A stretch of DNA of 64,000 bases from a bacterium (GCA_965202625.1 CBDBBI010000010.1:1696001-1760000), one strand, 5' to 3'. Positions 46,254 to 57,530 are shown, counted from the first letter of the stretch. The notes: a model not told the origin generated them from the letters alone. Numbers and translations: made by a program.

Positions 46254-46814
46254 ATGGTGGAAAACCCGAACTATCCTTGGCATGAGAGCACCACGCCCGG
46301 TGAGAGGCCGATTGACAAGCCTGAACTTCCAAAAGACGGCTACGAGATCACCATGCTCGCCGAAACAGAGAAGATGGACGACGGACAACTGAAAATCGGT
46401 CGATTCCGACATTTTAAGGTTTTCAGCGATGAACCGCCTCGCATCGGAGGAGAAGATAGATATCCCCAGCCCCTCACCTATATCGCCATGGGGGTTGGCT
46501 TCTGACTGTTGACCCAGATGGGGCGGTACGCCCACATGACGAAAACAACCTTTGAAAAAGCCGCCTGTCGTGTTGAGTTTGATTATTTTCTAAAGGGTTC
46601 TGTACTGAAAGGAGACGTCCATTCGGGGTGCCGAGGGGTTCGGACGCACTTTAAGGTGGAATCCAGCGAACCGGAAGAGAAAATCCTTGCTATCATTCGG
46701 CTGGCGAAACAAGGCTGCTACGCCGAGCAGATGGTGCAAACAGCGGTTCCGCTCACAAGCACCGTCGAATTGAACGGTAAAAGCATTACGTTGACAGGAA
46801 TCACGACAAATTGA
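46254..46814 (+). CDS. OsmC-like protein with in-frame TGA, probable selenoprotein (186 aa, Sec at codon 84)
   Basis: Track ORFs 46071-46505 and 46509-46814 are in the same frame: SDEPPRIGGEDRYPQPLTYIAMGVGF-(TGA)-LLTQMGRYA...AKQGCYAE. The TGA is at the first OsmC Cys position. Confidence 0.8.
46518..46537 (+). promoter_or_regulatory. Candidate bacterial SECIS hairpin
   Basis: ATG-GGGCG-[GTA]-CGCCC-A-CAT; the apical loop starts with G-U and lies 20 nt after the UGA at 46503-46505. Confidence 0.7.
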
Positions 46815-46942
46815 AACCAGCACGCGATTCTACAGGCTAAAACCGAGTGCGACCGATGCGCGTCATCCAACAAACCATGGCACCAGACGCACACAGATAT
46901 GTGCACTGAATATCCTACAAACGCTTTACTCTTTCGATTCTC

Positions 46943-47018
<76 letters not shown>

Positions 47019-47212
47019 ACCATGTAGAGAAACGCCTGATGAGCAAAGCGTATTTCTTATCGGCCAATTTTTCCCTGCAAGGCAATCTTTTCTATATACC
47101 TAAGCAAGAACGGGGAAATTCTAAAACCTCCCATCATGAAGGTCAACGTAGAAACGCCCATCGCTCCCATATCCGACTTGATGCGAGGGAAGCTCTCTCC
47201 TATGGTAAAAGC

Positions 47213-48231
47213 ATGTTGACCCGCTCTTCATTCCCCGTGGGCAAGCTCCCCCCAGACATACTGGAGGTTTTATTCCAAAAGGCAGACCCTCATTCGCGCC
47301 TCATCGTGGGTCCGCAGATTGGGGAAGACACAACCTCATCGACATCGGAGATCGTTATCTAGTCGCCAAATCAGACCCCACTATATTCGTAGGGAGTCAT
47401 ATCGGACGTTACGCCGCTCACGTGAACGATGTCGCTTGTATGGGCGGACACCCCCCCCTGTGGTTCCTGATGACGCTGTTGCTGCCCGATGGACGCACCA
47501 GCGAGGCGATGGTAAACCGGATTTGGAAAGAGGCGCAAGACGCTTGCCCTGAATCTGGGGATCGCCATATGCGGCAGACACACGGAGAGCACGTCGGGGC
47601 TGAAATTCCCGATTCTTTCCAGCCACATGACATGTTGGGGGAAATCGCCAAGGAAAAATTCATTCGGAGCGCGAACGCCCGCGTGGACGACATCATTCTA
47701 CTCACCCGCCCCATACCGTGGAAGGAACGGCGATCTTGACAAACTCTACATACGATTGTTTGAAAAACGTTCTCGACATGGAGATATTAGAGAGCGCGAA
47801 AAGATATCTTGATTCTCCGAGCATCAGCGTAGTGGCGCAAGCGGCTTGCAGCGTCTGAAACACGACGCGCTCACGCCATACATGGACCCGACCGAAGGGG
47901 CCCTCGCCACAGGCACCTATGAGCTGGCCGTAACCCCTAGTCTCGGAGCAACCGTGGAGGAAAGCAAGATTCCCATCTCTTTTGAGAGCGGAAAAATTTG
48001 CGAAGTGTTGGGGCTCGACCCGTTGAGGGTCATCACCTCGGGGGCGCTTCTGTTGACACTTACAGCCAAGGAGAAGGAAATTTTCCGAAAAACGCTAATA
48101 GAAAAGCGAGTGCGATGGGAGTTCACATAGGCAGGTTATGTGCGCCTGAATGCGGGGTGACGATTCAATGCAGAGGAATATCCTCTCCCCTGTAGCACTT
48201 CCACACCGATGAAATCTCAAAAATCATTTAG
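47213..48231 (+). pseudogene. AIR synthase-related (PurM/HypE/ThiL-like) protein pseudogene
   Basis: Fragments in several frames: GKLPPDIL, VGPQIGED, DIGDRYLVAKSDP, VNDVACMGG, DPTEGALAT, LGLDPL...SGALL, DEISKII. Confidence 0.75.
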
Positions 48232-48241
48232 AAAGATAAAG

Positions 48242-48831
48242 ATGAATCGAGCCATGAGGGGCGTGTTGCTCGATTTCGACGGCACGCTCACAAAACCCGC
48301 ATTTGATTGGCCCACTATGAAAAAGGAGATGAAATTACCGGATGAAAACGTATCGATTTTAGACCATCTCGTCAGCCTATCTCCTGAACGCGTACGTGAA
48401 ACATCGAGCATACTAGAAAAATATGAGCGCGAAGCCGCCAACAACGCGGAAGCCAACGAAGGCGCCCATGAACTGATCGCGCGCACCTGCGAATCGAAAA
48501 AATTCCCTTTGCGGTCGTGACAAACAACGCGGAGCGGCAGGTCCTAGAAATGGCGAAAAAAATAGATATAGAGTTCGAGGTTCTGATCACGCGAGATATG
48601 GGATATTAGAAGCCAGACCCGAAACCCCTCCTTGCAGGCGCTGCGGCCATCGGCGTAGCACACCCAGTGAATGTATCGTCATCGGAGACGGGAAATACGA
48701 CGTTGATGGCCGCCAAAGCGGCGGGAATGTTGTCCGTTCATCTGTGCGCATCCCCTTCGACACCCAGTGATTTCACCCTTTCCCATCTACTTGAGGCTCC
48801 CGCGCTTATCAAGCAACTCATTGAAAAGTAA
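48242..48831 (+). pseudogene. HAD-family hydrolase pseudogene
   Basis: Motif I LLDFDGTLT; after a frameshift AVVTNN, GY*KPDP (TAG 48607-48609), IGDGKYD, AKAAGM. Confidence 0.75.
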
Positions 48832-49377
48832 AGATTTGGGGCACGCCTCCTCAGAGACATGCCCCATGATGGAAGGAATTTGCCTAAGTTCAGGCAAACC
48901 TTTTGGCGAGATGTCAGTGCATCAGCATCAGGGGATCCCTCTGCTGATCACCGGAAAGGAAAGGCCCCTATCTCAAGGGACCATTGAAGGCCGATGACGC
49001 TTCACACCCTTATTATATGCACGAAACGTGCCAAAATAGACTCTTTTGCCGCATACAATCCACTAATCTCCTAATCATAAACGTATCAGTAATATACCGC
49101 CCATAACCGGGCGCGAAAACTCCGCTAAGGTGCCTTAGATTTCTGACGTTCACTCGCTTAATTTGACTATTTTTCGGGAATACAACGCCAGAATTTGACA
49201 AAATGTCAATTTTCAGTGGGGAGGGATGAGATGAAAAACGCGCTCCGATAACGACGCCACAAGAAAAAGCCTTTTGACTTTATCGAAAAATCGCGTCTGT
49301 CTTTTGATAGAAATTTACGCATATCTGCGAATAATCCGGTGGCAATCACCTACGCAGACGTTACGGATACTTCCGCA

Positions 49378-50880
49378 TTACCTGAAGCTGGCCACCGTTC
49401 CTTGCGCCGCGTCCAGAAAACTGCCCGGAAACAGGCCGAGCAACAGCGTCGCCACCACCAGTGCCACTAAGGCGAAGAGAAGTGAAGGGGCGTTCGAGAA
49501 GCGCACCGTCTCTTGGTGCTCGCTCCGATTTTCCATGAACATCACCATGATGATGCGCCCATAGTAATACATCGAGACCGCGCTCATAAGAAGGCCGATC
49601 ACAGCGAGCCAGTAATACTCATTCTCCACGGCCGCGGCGAACAAGTAGAGTTTGCCGACGAAACCGGCCGTCGGCGGCATTCCGCCCAGCGAGAGCAGAA
49701 ACACCACGAAGGCCATGCCCGCCCAAGGGTGGGCCTGCCCAACCCCCTTCCAGTCCTCGATGTTGTCTCCCCGATAGCCCTCCCTGCATGCCAAAATTAG
49801 CATACCAAAGGCACCCAAGTTGGTGAACAGGTAGGCGAGCAAATAAAAGGCCACCGCGCTTATCCCTATGGAACTGAACGTCACCTTGCCGTCCAAAACG
49901 CTCGTGGAGACCACAACACCCATCAGAACGTAACCCGCATGACCGATACTCGAATACGCCAGCATTCTTTTGAGGCTCGTCTGGGCGATGGCCGCCACGT
50001 TCCCCCAAACCATTGTGAACGCCGTCAGCGCCCACAGGAGGGCGTTCCACTCCTCGGCCATGGCAGGAAATGCCAGAAAGAAGATGCGCATCAGGGCAGC
50101 CACGGTCGCGAGTTTCACAGCCACGGACATGAAGCCTGTAATCGGAGTCGGTGCACCGGTGTAGGCGTCCGGCAGCCACATATGAAACGGCGCCAGCGCC
50201 AGTTTGAATCCGAAACCCACCACTAAAAAAATGAGGCCAAGAATCATCACCGGACTCTGCGCGATCGCCGCACTCTCGGCGGCGGAAAAAACCTCTGCGA
50301 TTCCATGAATTGAGGTCGTTCCCGTGAGGCCATACGCCAGTGCCATGCCATACAACAAAACGCCAGAAGCGAAAGCGCCCATCAGGAAATACTTGAGTCC
50401 GGCCTCTCGGCTCAACGGATCATGCCGCATGAACGCCACGAGCACGTAAATGCTAATGCTCATCGTCTCAAGTCCCAAATAGATCGTGAGCAAATCGTTT
50501 CCCGACGCCATCACGAGCATACCGAACACGGAAAAGAGCAGCATCGCGTATAATTCACCGTAGTTGATCTTCTCCACCCTGGCGTAGCGAAGCAGCAAGA
50601 GAATAGAGATGGCCGCGCAGACGAGCACGCAAACCTTCACGAAAACGCTCAAATTATCGACCACATAAAAGCCGTTGAACGTCGTCCGCGCGCCCTCCCC
50701 CCATTGTCCGAAAGCGACCAGCATCAGGAGGAGCACCCCCACGAACGCCATGACGCCTACGCGGACCTTGTTCTCAATCGCCACGAACAGATCGAGAATG
50801 AGCACCAGACAGATAAGTATGGCTAGCCCTATCTCGGGCGCCGCCAGGGACAAGGCGATGTCGGGAATCACCACTTCCAT
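49378..50880 (-). CDS. nuoN: NADH-quinone oxidoreductase subunit N (set 2)
   Basis: EAGLKYF, FKLALAPFHMWLPDAY.GAP, KRMLAYSSI.HAGY. Confidence 0.95.
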   Translation of the reverse strand: MEVVIPDIALSLAAPEIGLAILICLVLILDLFVAIENKVRVGVMAFVGVLLLMLVAFGQWGEGARTTFNGFYVVDNLSVFVKVCVLVCAAISILLLLRYARVEKINYGELYAMLLFSVFGMLVMASGNDLLTIYLGLETMSISIYVLVAFMRHDPLSREAGLKYFLMGAFASGVLLYGMALAYGLTGTTSIHGIAEVFSAAESAAIAQSPVMILGLIFLVVGFGFKLALAPFHMWLPDAYTGAPTPITGFMSVAVKLATVAALMRIFFLAFPAMAEEWNALLWALTAFTMVWGNVAAIAQTSLKRMLAYSSIGHAGYVLMGVVVSTSVLDGKVTFSSIGISAVAFYLLAYLFTNLGAFGMLILACREGYRGDNIEDWKGVGQAHPWAGMAFVVFLLSLGGMPPTAGFVGKLYLFAAAVENEYYWLAVIGLLMSAVSMYYYGRIIMVMFMENRSEHQETVRFSNAPSLLFALVALVVATLLLGLFPGSFLDAAQGTVASFR

Positions 50881-50914
50881 GAGAAAGACTCCATCAAATC
50901 AGGCGCACCGCATT

Positions 50915-52468
50915 TTATCTTCTATCCAGCCTCGCCATTTTTTCGGGCGCGGGAGTTTTTTGCGGGGTCTCCGCCACGTTCACCATTTTCACCACCTTCT
51001 TCACGCTCGCCTCCATGCGCCCCAGGAATGGCTTGGGGTACAGGCCAATCCAGAACATCAAGAAGATCAACGGCAGAAGATAAAGAACTTCTCGCCCGTT
51101 GCAATCCGTGAGTTTCTCGTTCTCGGGATTGTCCAGCCTTCCAAAGAAAACCCGCTGAAAGAGCCAGAGCATATACGCCGCCCCCAGAACGATGCCCACC
51201 ACGGCGAAGGCGGCATAGACGTAGCTTTTCTTGAACGCACCGATAAGGATGAGAAACTCGCCCACAAATCCGTTCAGTCCCGGAAGTCCAATACTGCTCA
51301 ACATCGTGATGGCGAACAACACCGTATACACCGGCACGACTTTAGAGAGGCCGCCATACTCCGAGATGAGGCGGGTATGGCGTCGCTCGTACACGACGCC
51401 CACCAGAAGGAACAAGGCACCCGTGCTGATTCCGTGGTTGATCATCTGCAGCTGCCCGCCGAGCACGCCCTGCTCGTTCAGGGCAAAAACGCCGAGCATA
51501 ACGAAACCTAGGTGGCTCACGGAAGAATAGGCCACCAGCTTCTTAATGTCGGTTTGCGCCATCGCCACCAAGGCACCGTAAATGATGCCGATAATGGAGA
51601 GAAGCATCATGAAGGGCACGAAAACCTGGCTCGCCTGGGGCAACAGCGGCAGGGCGAAGCGGACGAAGCCGTAGGTTCCCATTTTCAGAAGGATGCCGGC
51701 CAGAATCACGCTTCCCGCCGTGGGTGCCTCCACGTGCGCGTCGGGCAGCCAAGTGTGGAAGGGAAACATGGGGACCTTAATGGCAAACCCGATGAAGAAC
51801 GCCAAGAATATCCATACCTGGAGCGAAAGCGGTATCTTCGGGCCCACAGCGTAGAGCTCCACCAGATCGAAAGTAAGGCTGCCAGTGCCCATTTTGAAAT
51901 TAGCGAAGTAAAGCGCGAGTATCCCCAGCAACATGAGCACGCTGCCGAACAACGTATAGAGGAAAAACTTGATCGCTGCGTAGAGTTTTCTCGGGCCGCC
52001 CCACACCCCGATAAGAAAATACATCGGCACCAAGGTGATCTCGAAAAAGACGTAGAACAGGAAAATGTCGAGGGCGATGAACGTCCCTAACATGCCGGTC
52101 GCCAGCAGCAGTAGGCAGACGTAATACTCTTTCTCGCGCTCGGCGATGGCGGTGAATGAGCACACGATACCGACTATCATGGTGAGCGTCGTGAGCAGGA
52201 CGAGTAGCACGCTGATTCCGTCGATGCCGACGAAATAGCTCACGCCGATAGTAGGTATCCAGCTCGCCTTTTCCACGAACTGAAAGCCGGCCTCGGTGGA
52301 ATCAAAGTGGGTCCATAGAGGAAGTGAAATCAGGAAATCTAGGACTGCCACCGCCGTGGCGAAACCCTTAATGGCTTTCGTCTGCTCTTTCTTCATGAAG
52401 AGCATGATGATCACCGCGCCCAACGCAGGCAAAAAGGTGATCAGCGTGAGAAGCGGCACATTGCTCAT
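50915..52468 (-). CDS. nuoM: NADH-quinone oxidoreductase subunit M (set 2)
   Basis: KVPMFPFHTWLPDAHVEAPT, LLKMGTYG, AYSSVSH. Confidence 0.95.
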   Translation of the reverse strand: MSNVPLLTLITFLPALGAVIIMLFMKKEQTKAIKGFATAVAVLDFLISLPLWTHFDSTEAGFQFVEKASWIPTIGVSYFVGIDGISVLLVLLTTLTMIVGIVCSFTAIAEREKEYYVCLLLLATGMLGTFIALDIFLFYVFFEITLVPMYFLIGVWGGPRKLYAAIKFFLYTLFGSVLMLLGILALYFANFKMGTGSLTFDLVELYAVGPKIPLSLQVWIFLAFFIGFAIKVPMFPFHTWLPDAHVEAPTAGSVILAGILLKMGTYGFVRFALPLLPQASQVFVPFMMLLSIIGIIYGALVAMAQTDIKKLVAYSSVSHLGFVMLGVFALNEQGVLGGQLQMINHGISTGALFLLVGVVYERRHTRLISEYGGLSKVVPVYTVLFAITMLSSIGLPGLNGFVGEFLILIGAFKKSYVYAAFAVVGIVLGAAYMLWLFQRVFFGRLDNPENEKLTDCNGREVLYLLPLIFLMFWIGLYPKPFLGRMEASVKKVVKMVNVAETPQKTPAPEKMARLDRR

Positions 52469-52490
52469 AATTCCTCCAAAACCTCAACCC

Positions 52491-54521
52491 TTAACGGAGA
52501 AGGTAGGCGCTCAGCATCACGAAGACGCCTAAAAGCATCACGAAAAGATAATTCTGCACCATTCCGGATTGCAGATATTTGAACACTTGGGAGAAAAACC
52601 GAATGAAGCTCGCCGTCCCGTTCACCGCCCCATCTACCGTGCGCAAGTCGAAAATTCCGGAAAGCCGGCTCATGACAACTGTGATGATCGAACTGCCGTT
52701 CACCGCCCCATCCACCACCTTAGTGTCGAACGCCCAAAGGGCGCGCATAAGCCTGTAAGTGGGCTCCACGAGGCAGAACTGGTAGATTTCGTCAATGTAA
52801 TATTTGTTCAGGAGCAAATAATACAGTGTCGGAAAACGCGTATACAGGCGATTCGCCGATTCGGGGTCCCGCACATACATATTCCATGCCAGAGCGATGC
52901 CGCCCAGGGCGATGAAGATAGCCAGAACGATGAGCAGTATCGCCTCCGGTCCGCCATGCCCACCGCCATCGGCAGCGACTCGCATCAGTCGCGCGCCCTC
53001 GTCCATGGCGTGGCCGCCAGACGGCATCTTTGCCAAAGACGGCGCGAGAAAACGATGTATCCAGCCGCCCTCCGGTGGAAAGCCGGGAATCGCACCGCCC
53101 ACCACGCTCAGCCCCGCCAGAATGATGAGCGGAACCGTCATAGTGGTGGGCGATTCGTGAATGTGCGCGCGCGCATGATGGTCAACGCGCATCTCACCGT
53201 GAAACGTCATGAAGATGAGCCGGAACATATAGAAAGCCGTCATGAACGCAGCGATGCAACCCATCAACCAGACCGTGTAGTGCCCCGTGAAAAAGGCGTT
53301 CGCCAGAATCTCGTCCTTGCTCCAGAAGCCAGCGAGCGGCGGCACTCCGGCGATGGCGATCGCACCGATTAGAAACGTCCAGTAGGTCACAGGCATTTTC
53401 TCTTTGAGGCCACCCATGTAGCGCATGTCCTGTTGCTGGTCTTCCGGAGCGTGGTGAAGCGCGTGAATCACGCTGCCGCTGCCAAGAAAGAGGAGTCCTT
53501 TGAAGAAGGCATGGGTCATCAGATGAAAGATGGCGGCGGCGAAGGCACCCACGCCCAGGGCCATAAACATGAAACCCAGCTGGCTCACCGTGCTATAGGC
53601 GAGCACACGCTTGATGTCGTTTTGCGCTAACCCAATGGTCGCGGCGAAAAGCCCTGTGACCGCGCCGACGATGGCGATGACCTCAAGCGCGCCCGGGCCC
53701 ATGACGTAGATGGGACTCGTTCGGGCAACCATGTACACACCCGCCGTGACCATGGTGGCGGCGTGAATCAGCGCGCTCACGGGGGTGGGGCCCTCCATGG
53801 CGTCCGGCAGCCAGACGTAGAGCGGAACCTGCGCGCTTTTGCCCGTGGCACCGACGAACAGCAGAAGGCCGATGGCCGTGGCCGCCGCCGCGCTCAGACC
53901 AGGGGCCGCCTCGAACGCCTCCACATAGTTGAGGCTGCCGGTCAGCGTCCAAATCAGAAACATACCCAGGAGAAAACCGGCGTCGCCGATTCGGTTAACG
54001 ATGAACGCTTTTTTGCCGGCGTCGGAGGCGGAGCGCTTCTCGAACCAAAAGCCGATGAGCAGATAGCTGCAAAGGCCCACGCCCTCCCAGCCCACGAACA
54101 TGACGAGATAGTTGTCCCCGAGCACCAACAAAAACATGGAGAGCATGAAAAGGTTGAGATAGGCGAAGAAGCGCGGGTAGCCTGGATCTCCGCGCATATA
54201 ACCCACAGCATAGACGTGCACCAGAAATCCCACGCCCGCCACCACCAACAGCATGACGGTGCTCAACGGATCGATCAGGAAACTCATCGACACGCTAAGG
54301 CTGCCGGCCTCTACCCACTTCCACAGCACCACGGTATGGCTGCTACCGCCCTCCGCCACGAAAATCATCTCGAAGGCGACGCTCAGCACGACGAGAAGCG
54401 ACAGGCCCGCCATGAAGGACGCGAAAGAGCCCGCCCTCTCGCCCACGCGCTCTCCGAACAATCCATTGACCAGTGCCCCGATCACCGGAAAAACAGGAAT
54501 AAGCCATGCCATTTCGATCAT
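52491..54521 (-). CDS. nuoL: NADH-quinone oxidoreductase subunit L (set 2)
   Basis: GKSAQVPLYVWLPDAMEGPTPVSALIHAATMV, HAFFK. Confidence 0.95.
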   Translation of the reverse strand: MIEMAWLIPVFPVIGALVNGLFGERVGERAGSFASFMAGLSLLVVLSVAFEMIFVAEGGSSHTVVLWKWVEAGSLSVSMSFLIDPLSTVMLLVVAGVGFLVHVYAVGYMRGDPGYPRFFAYLNLFMLSMFLLVLGDNYLVMFVGWEGVGLCSYLLIGFWFEKRSASDAGKKAFIVNRIGDAGFLLGMFLIWTLTGSLNYVEAFEAAPGLSAAAATAIGLLLFVGATGKSAQVPLYVWLPDAMEGPTPVSALIHAATMVTAGVYMVARTSPIYVMGPGALEVIAIVGAVTGLFAATIGLAQNDIKRVLAYSTVSQLGFMFMALGVGAFAAAIFHLMTHAFFKGLLFLGSGSVIHALHHAPEDQQQDMRYMGGLKEKMPVTYWTFLIGAIAIAGVPPLAGFWSKDEILANAFFTGHYTVWLMGCIAAFMTAFYMFRLIFMTFHGEMRVDHHARAHIHESPTTMTVPLIILAGLSVVGGAIPGFPPEGGWIHRFLAPSLAKMPSGGHAMDEGARLMRVAADGGGHGGPEAILLIVLAIFIALGGIALAWNMYVRDPESANRLYTRFPTLYYLLLNKYYIDEIYQFCLVEPTYRLMRALWAFDTKVVDGAVNGSSIITVVMSRLSGIFDLRTVDGAVNGTASFIRFFSQVFKYLQSGMVQNYLFVMLLGVFVMLSAYLLR

Positions 54522-54528
54522 AATTTTC

Positions 54529-54831
54529 CTACCACTTCAAAAGGTTGATCTCATCCACGTTGACCATTGTCCGGTCGCGGTTCAGCGCGATGAGTATCGC
54601 TAAACCAACGGCCGCCTCGCACGCCGCCACAGTGATGACGAAAATGGCGAACACCTGACCCGTCAAGTCCGCCCAGTGGCGCGAGAAGCTCACGAAGGTC
54701 ACGTTCACGGCGTTGAGCATCAATTCTATCGACAGTAGGATGATGATGGCGTTGCGGCGCATCAGCACGCCCGCCGCACCGATCAAGAACAAGATGGCGC
54801 CCAGGGCGAGAAAGTGGGTCATGGGTATCAT
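54529..54831 (-). CDS. nuoK: NADH-quinone oxidoreductase subunit K
   Basis: [20 protein letters not shown]. Confidence 0.95.
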   Translation of the reverse strand: MIPMTHFLALGAILFLIGAAGVLMRRNAIIILLSIELMLNAVNVTFVSFSRHWADLTGQVFAIFVITVAACEAAVGLAILIALNRDRTMVNVDEINLLKW

Positions 54832-54847
54832 CGTTTCTCTCCTCGCG

Positions 54848-55357
54848 CTACCGCTCTATCGTGCGCTTCGCTAGGACGATGGCGCCTATCATCGAAGTCA
54901 ACAGGAGGATGGAGGCCACCTCGAAAGGAAAAAGGAATTTCGTGTATAGCACCGCACCGATGGCCTCCACGTTTCCAGGAGTGGCACCTACAGACCAGGC
55001 CCACGACCTGGGATCCCCGAACTCCGCCTCTCCCAGCACGGCCCATACCTCGAGGCCCAGCAAAACGGCTGCCACGAGTGCCAGAGCACCCTGGCGGTGC
55101 CACTGCCGCATCCGCACGGCCACCTCCACGTTCATCAACATGATCGAGAATAGATACAGCACCATGATGCCGCCCGCATAGACGAGAACTTGCACCGCCG
55201 CCAGAAACTCCGCCCCCGCCAGCACGAAAACGCCCGCGAGGAAGAAAAACGTCATCACCAGCAACAGAGCCGCGTGAATCACGTTCGCGCGCGTGATCAT
55301 CAGCAAGGATGTGAGAATCATTCCGCCAGCGAACAAGTAAAAGAAATATATCTCCAC
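54848..55357 (-). CDS. nuoJ: NADH-quinone oxidoreductase subunit J
   Basis: [25 protein letters not shown]; GTG start. Confidence 0.93.
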   Translation of the reverse strand: MEIYFFYLFAGGMILTSLLMITRANVIHAALLLVMTFFFLAGVFVLAGAEFLAAVQVLVYAGGIMVLYLFSIMLMNVEVAVRMRQWHRQGALALVAAVLLGLEVWAVLGEAEFGDPRSWAWSVGATPGNVEAIGAVLYTKFLFPFEVASILLLTSMIGAIVLAKRTIER

Positions 55358-55376
55358 TCTGCGCCTCTCCCGCGAG

Positions 55377-56357
55377 TTACAAGAACAGATACTTCAAAAA
55401 TCCGGTCAGGAAAATGTTGATCATGACGAGCGGAAACATGAACTTCCAGCCCACGCGCATGAGCTGATCGTATCGATAGCGCGGAAGCGTCGCCCGCAGC
55501 CATATAAACACGAAGATCATCGCGGCCAGTTTGAGGAGGTACCAGATAAAGCCGGGAAGCGGAATGAAATCCAGCCCCTCCCATCCGCCGAAGAAGAGCG
55601 TGACACCTATCGTGGAAACCGCGACGATGTTAGCGTATTCCGCCAGAAAGAAAAACGCGAACCTCATTCCGCTGTATTCGGTATGAAAGCCCGCCACGAG
55701 TTCCGTCTCCGCCTCGGGCAGATCGAAGGGCACGCGGTTCGTCTCGGCGAGACCAGCGACGAAGAAGACGATGAACGCGATCGGCTGATAGAATACGAAC
55801 CACACGTCACTCTGTGCCTTTACGATCTCCTGCATATTCAGGGATCCTGCGAGCATCAGCGGCCCGATGACGGAGAAACCCAGAAAAATCTCGTAGCTCA
55901 GCATCTGCGCCGCGCTCCTCAGAGCCCCCAGAAGCGAGTATTTGCTGTTTGAGGCCCAACCCGCCATCACGATGCCATATACGCCGAGCGAGCTGATCGC
56001 CAGAATGAAGAACAACCCGATGTTCACCTGCGTGATATAGAACGTCGCGCTAAAGGGCAGCACCGAATAAATGATGAAGGCTGGCAACAGTGTAACCACC
56101 GGCGCGAGAATGAATACGACGCGATCCGCCTTGTCGGGAATGATGTCTTCCTTCAGAAACAGTTTAAGTCCGTCCGCTATCGGCTGCAGGAGGCCGTGCC
56201 AGCCCACGCGCATGGGGCCGATCCTCGACTGGATGTGGGCGATGACCTTTCTTTCCACGTAGGTGAGGTAGGCGGCCACCAGTTGAATCACGTTCAGCAC
56301 GATGAATATCTTTATCGCGGCAACCACGACTTCACGAACCATGTCCAACGAAACCAC
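55377..56357 (-). CDS. nuoH: NADH-quinone oxidoreductase subunit H
   Basis: [42 protein letters not shown]. Confidence 0.96.
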   Translation of the reverse strand: MVSLDMVREVVVAAIKIFIVLNVIQLVAAYLTYVERKVIAHIQSRIGPMRVGWHGLLQPIADGLKLFLKEDIIPDKADRVVFILAPVVTLLPAFIIYSVLPFSATFYITQVNIGLFFILAISSLGVYGIVMAGWASNSKYSLLGALRSAAQMLSYEIFLGFSVIGPLMLAGSLNMQEIVKAQSDVWFVFYQPIAFIVFFVAGLAETNRVPFDLPEAETELVAGFHTEYSGMRFAFFFLAEYANIVAVSTIGVTLFFGGWEGLDFIPLPGFIWYLLKLAAMIFVFIWLRATLPRYRYDQLMRVGWKFMFPLVMINIFLTGFLKYLFL

Positions 56358-56360
56358 TCC

Positions 56361-57503
56361 TTACCGATCACACTCGCCTAGCACGATGTCAATGCTTCCG
56401 ATGATAGCCACTACATCCGCCAACAGCTGCCCGATGCACAGCTTTTTGAGCCCGCCCAAATTGATGAAAGACGGCGGGCGGATACGAACGCGATAGGGCG
56501 TCTCCGTGCCATCGCTCACGATGTAGAAACCGAACTCGCCCTTGGGGTTTTCGATGCTGTGGTATATTTCACCTTCGGGCGGTTTGATAGTTCTGGGCGT
56601 CTTACAGTTCACCGGCCCGCCCGGAAGCTGCTCCAGGCACTGCTGAATGATGCGGACGCTCTGGCGCAATTCTTCAACGCGCACCAGATACCTATCATAA
56701 ACGTCGCCGTTCTCGCCCACGGGCACGACGAAGTCAAGATAGGGATACGCCGCGTAGGGCTTGGCGCGCCTTAAGTCCCATCGCACGCCGCTACCCCGAA
56801 TGATAGGGCCGGTCAGCCCTAAGTCCATCGCATCCGACGCGGAGATGACGCCCACCTCGCGGGTTCTTTGCAACCAGATGCGGTTGTTCGTGAGGAGGGT
56901 CTCGTAGTCGTCGATGCGGCTCGGAAAAACGTCGATGAACTCCTGGGTGAGGCGCAAGAATTTGTCCGGCACGTCCTCGTGCAGCCCCCCGAGGCGAAAG
57001 GCGTTGACCGTCAGGCGGCCGCCGAACGCGGTCTCGAACAGATCCAGTACCATCTCGCGCTCTCGGAAACACCACAGAAACACCGTCATCGCCCCGATGT
57101 CTAGGGCGTGCGTGGCGAGCCAAAGCAGATGGCTGGCGATGCGAGAAAGCTCGCCCACCATTGAGCGAATATACTGCGCCCGCATGGGGATTTCCCAGTC
57201 GAAGAACTTCTCGACCGCCGTCACCCACGCCAGGTTGTTCGACGGGGCGGCGATGTAGTCAAGGCGATCCGTATAGGGGATGAACATCGTATAGGTGATG
57301 TTCTCGCCAATCTTCTCAGTGCCTCGGTGCAAATAGCCAATGTCGCAGTCCACATCGTTCACCGTCTCGCCGTCCAGTTTCAGAATCACCCGAAGCACGC
57401 CATGGGTGCTCGGGTGCTGAGGGCCCATGTTGATTACAAATTCCTCGGCCCCGTACACTGTGCTTCGTCGTTCGATGCGAGAGGTATCCGCTACGCCAAC
57501 CAT
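56361..57503 (-). CDS. nuoD: NADH-quinone oxidoreductase subunit D (short form)
   Basis: NMGPQHPSTHGVLR, GYLHRG.EK, DRLDY, GSIDIVLGE.DR; no NiFe CxxC motifs. Confidence 0.95.
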   Translation of the reverse strand: MVGVADTSRIERRSTVYGAEEFVINMGPQHPSTHGVLRVILKLDGETVNDVDCDIGYLHRGTEKIGENITYTMFIPYTDRLDYIAAPSNNLAWVTAVEKFFDWEIPMRAQYIRSMVGELSRIASHLLWLATHALDIGAMTVFLWCFREREMVLDLFETAFGGRLTVNAFRLGGLHEDVPDKFLRLTQEFIDVFPSRIDDYETLLTNNRIWLQRTREVGVISASDAMDLGLTGPIIRGSGVRWDLRRAKPYAAYPYLDFVVPVGENGDVYDRYLVRVEELRQSVRIIQQCLEQLPGGPVNCKTPRTIKPPEGEIYHSIENPKGEFGFYIVSDGTETPYRVRIRPPSFINLGGLKKLCIGQLLADVVAIIGSIDIVLGECDR

Positions 57504-57530
57504 TCCCTCATTCCCTTGAAAGGCCGCGCG

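Noticed and set aside
47213-48231. Possible selD next to the selenoprotein
   Set aside because: PurM-fold fragments, but the N-terminus (PVGKLPP) lacks the Cys/Sec-x-x-Lys motif of SelD, and the gene is broken.
56361-57503. Group 4 hydrogenase large subunit
   Set aside because: No CxxC NiFe ligands; quinone-site motifs of NuoD are present.
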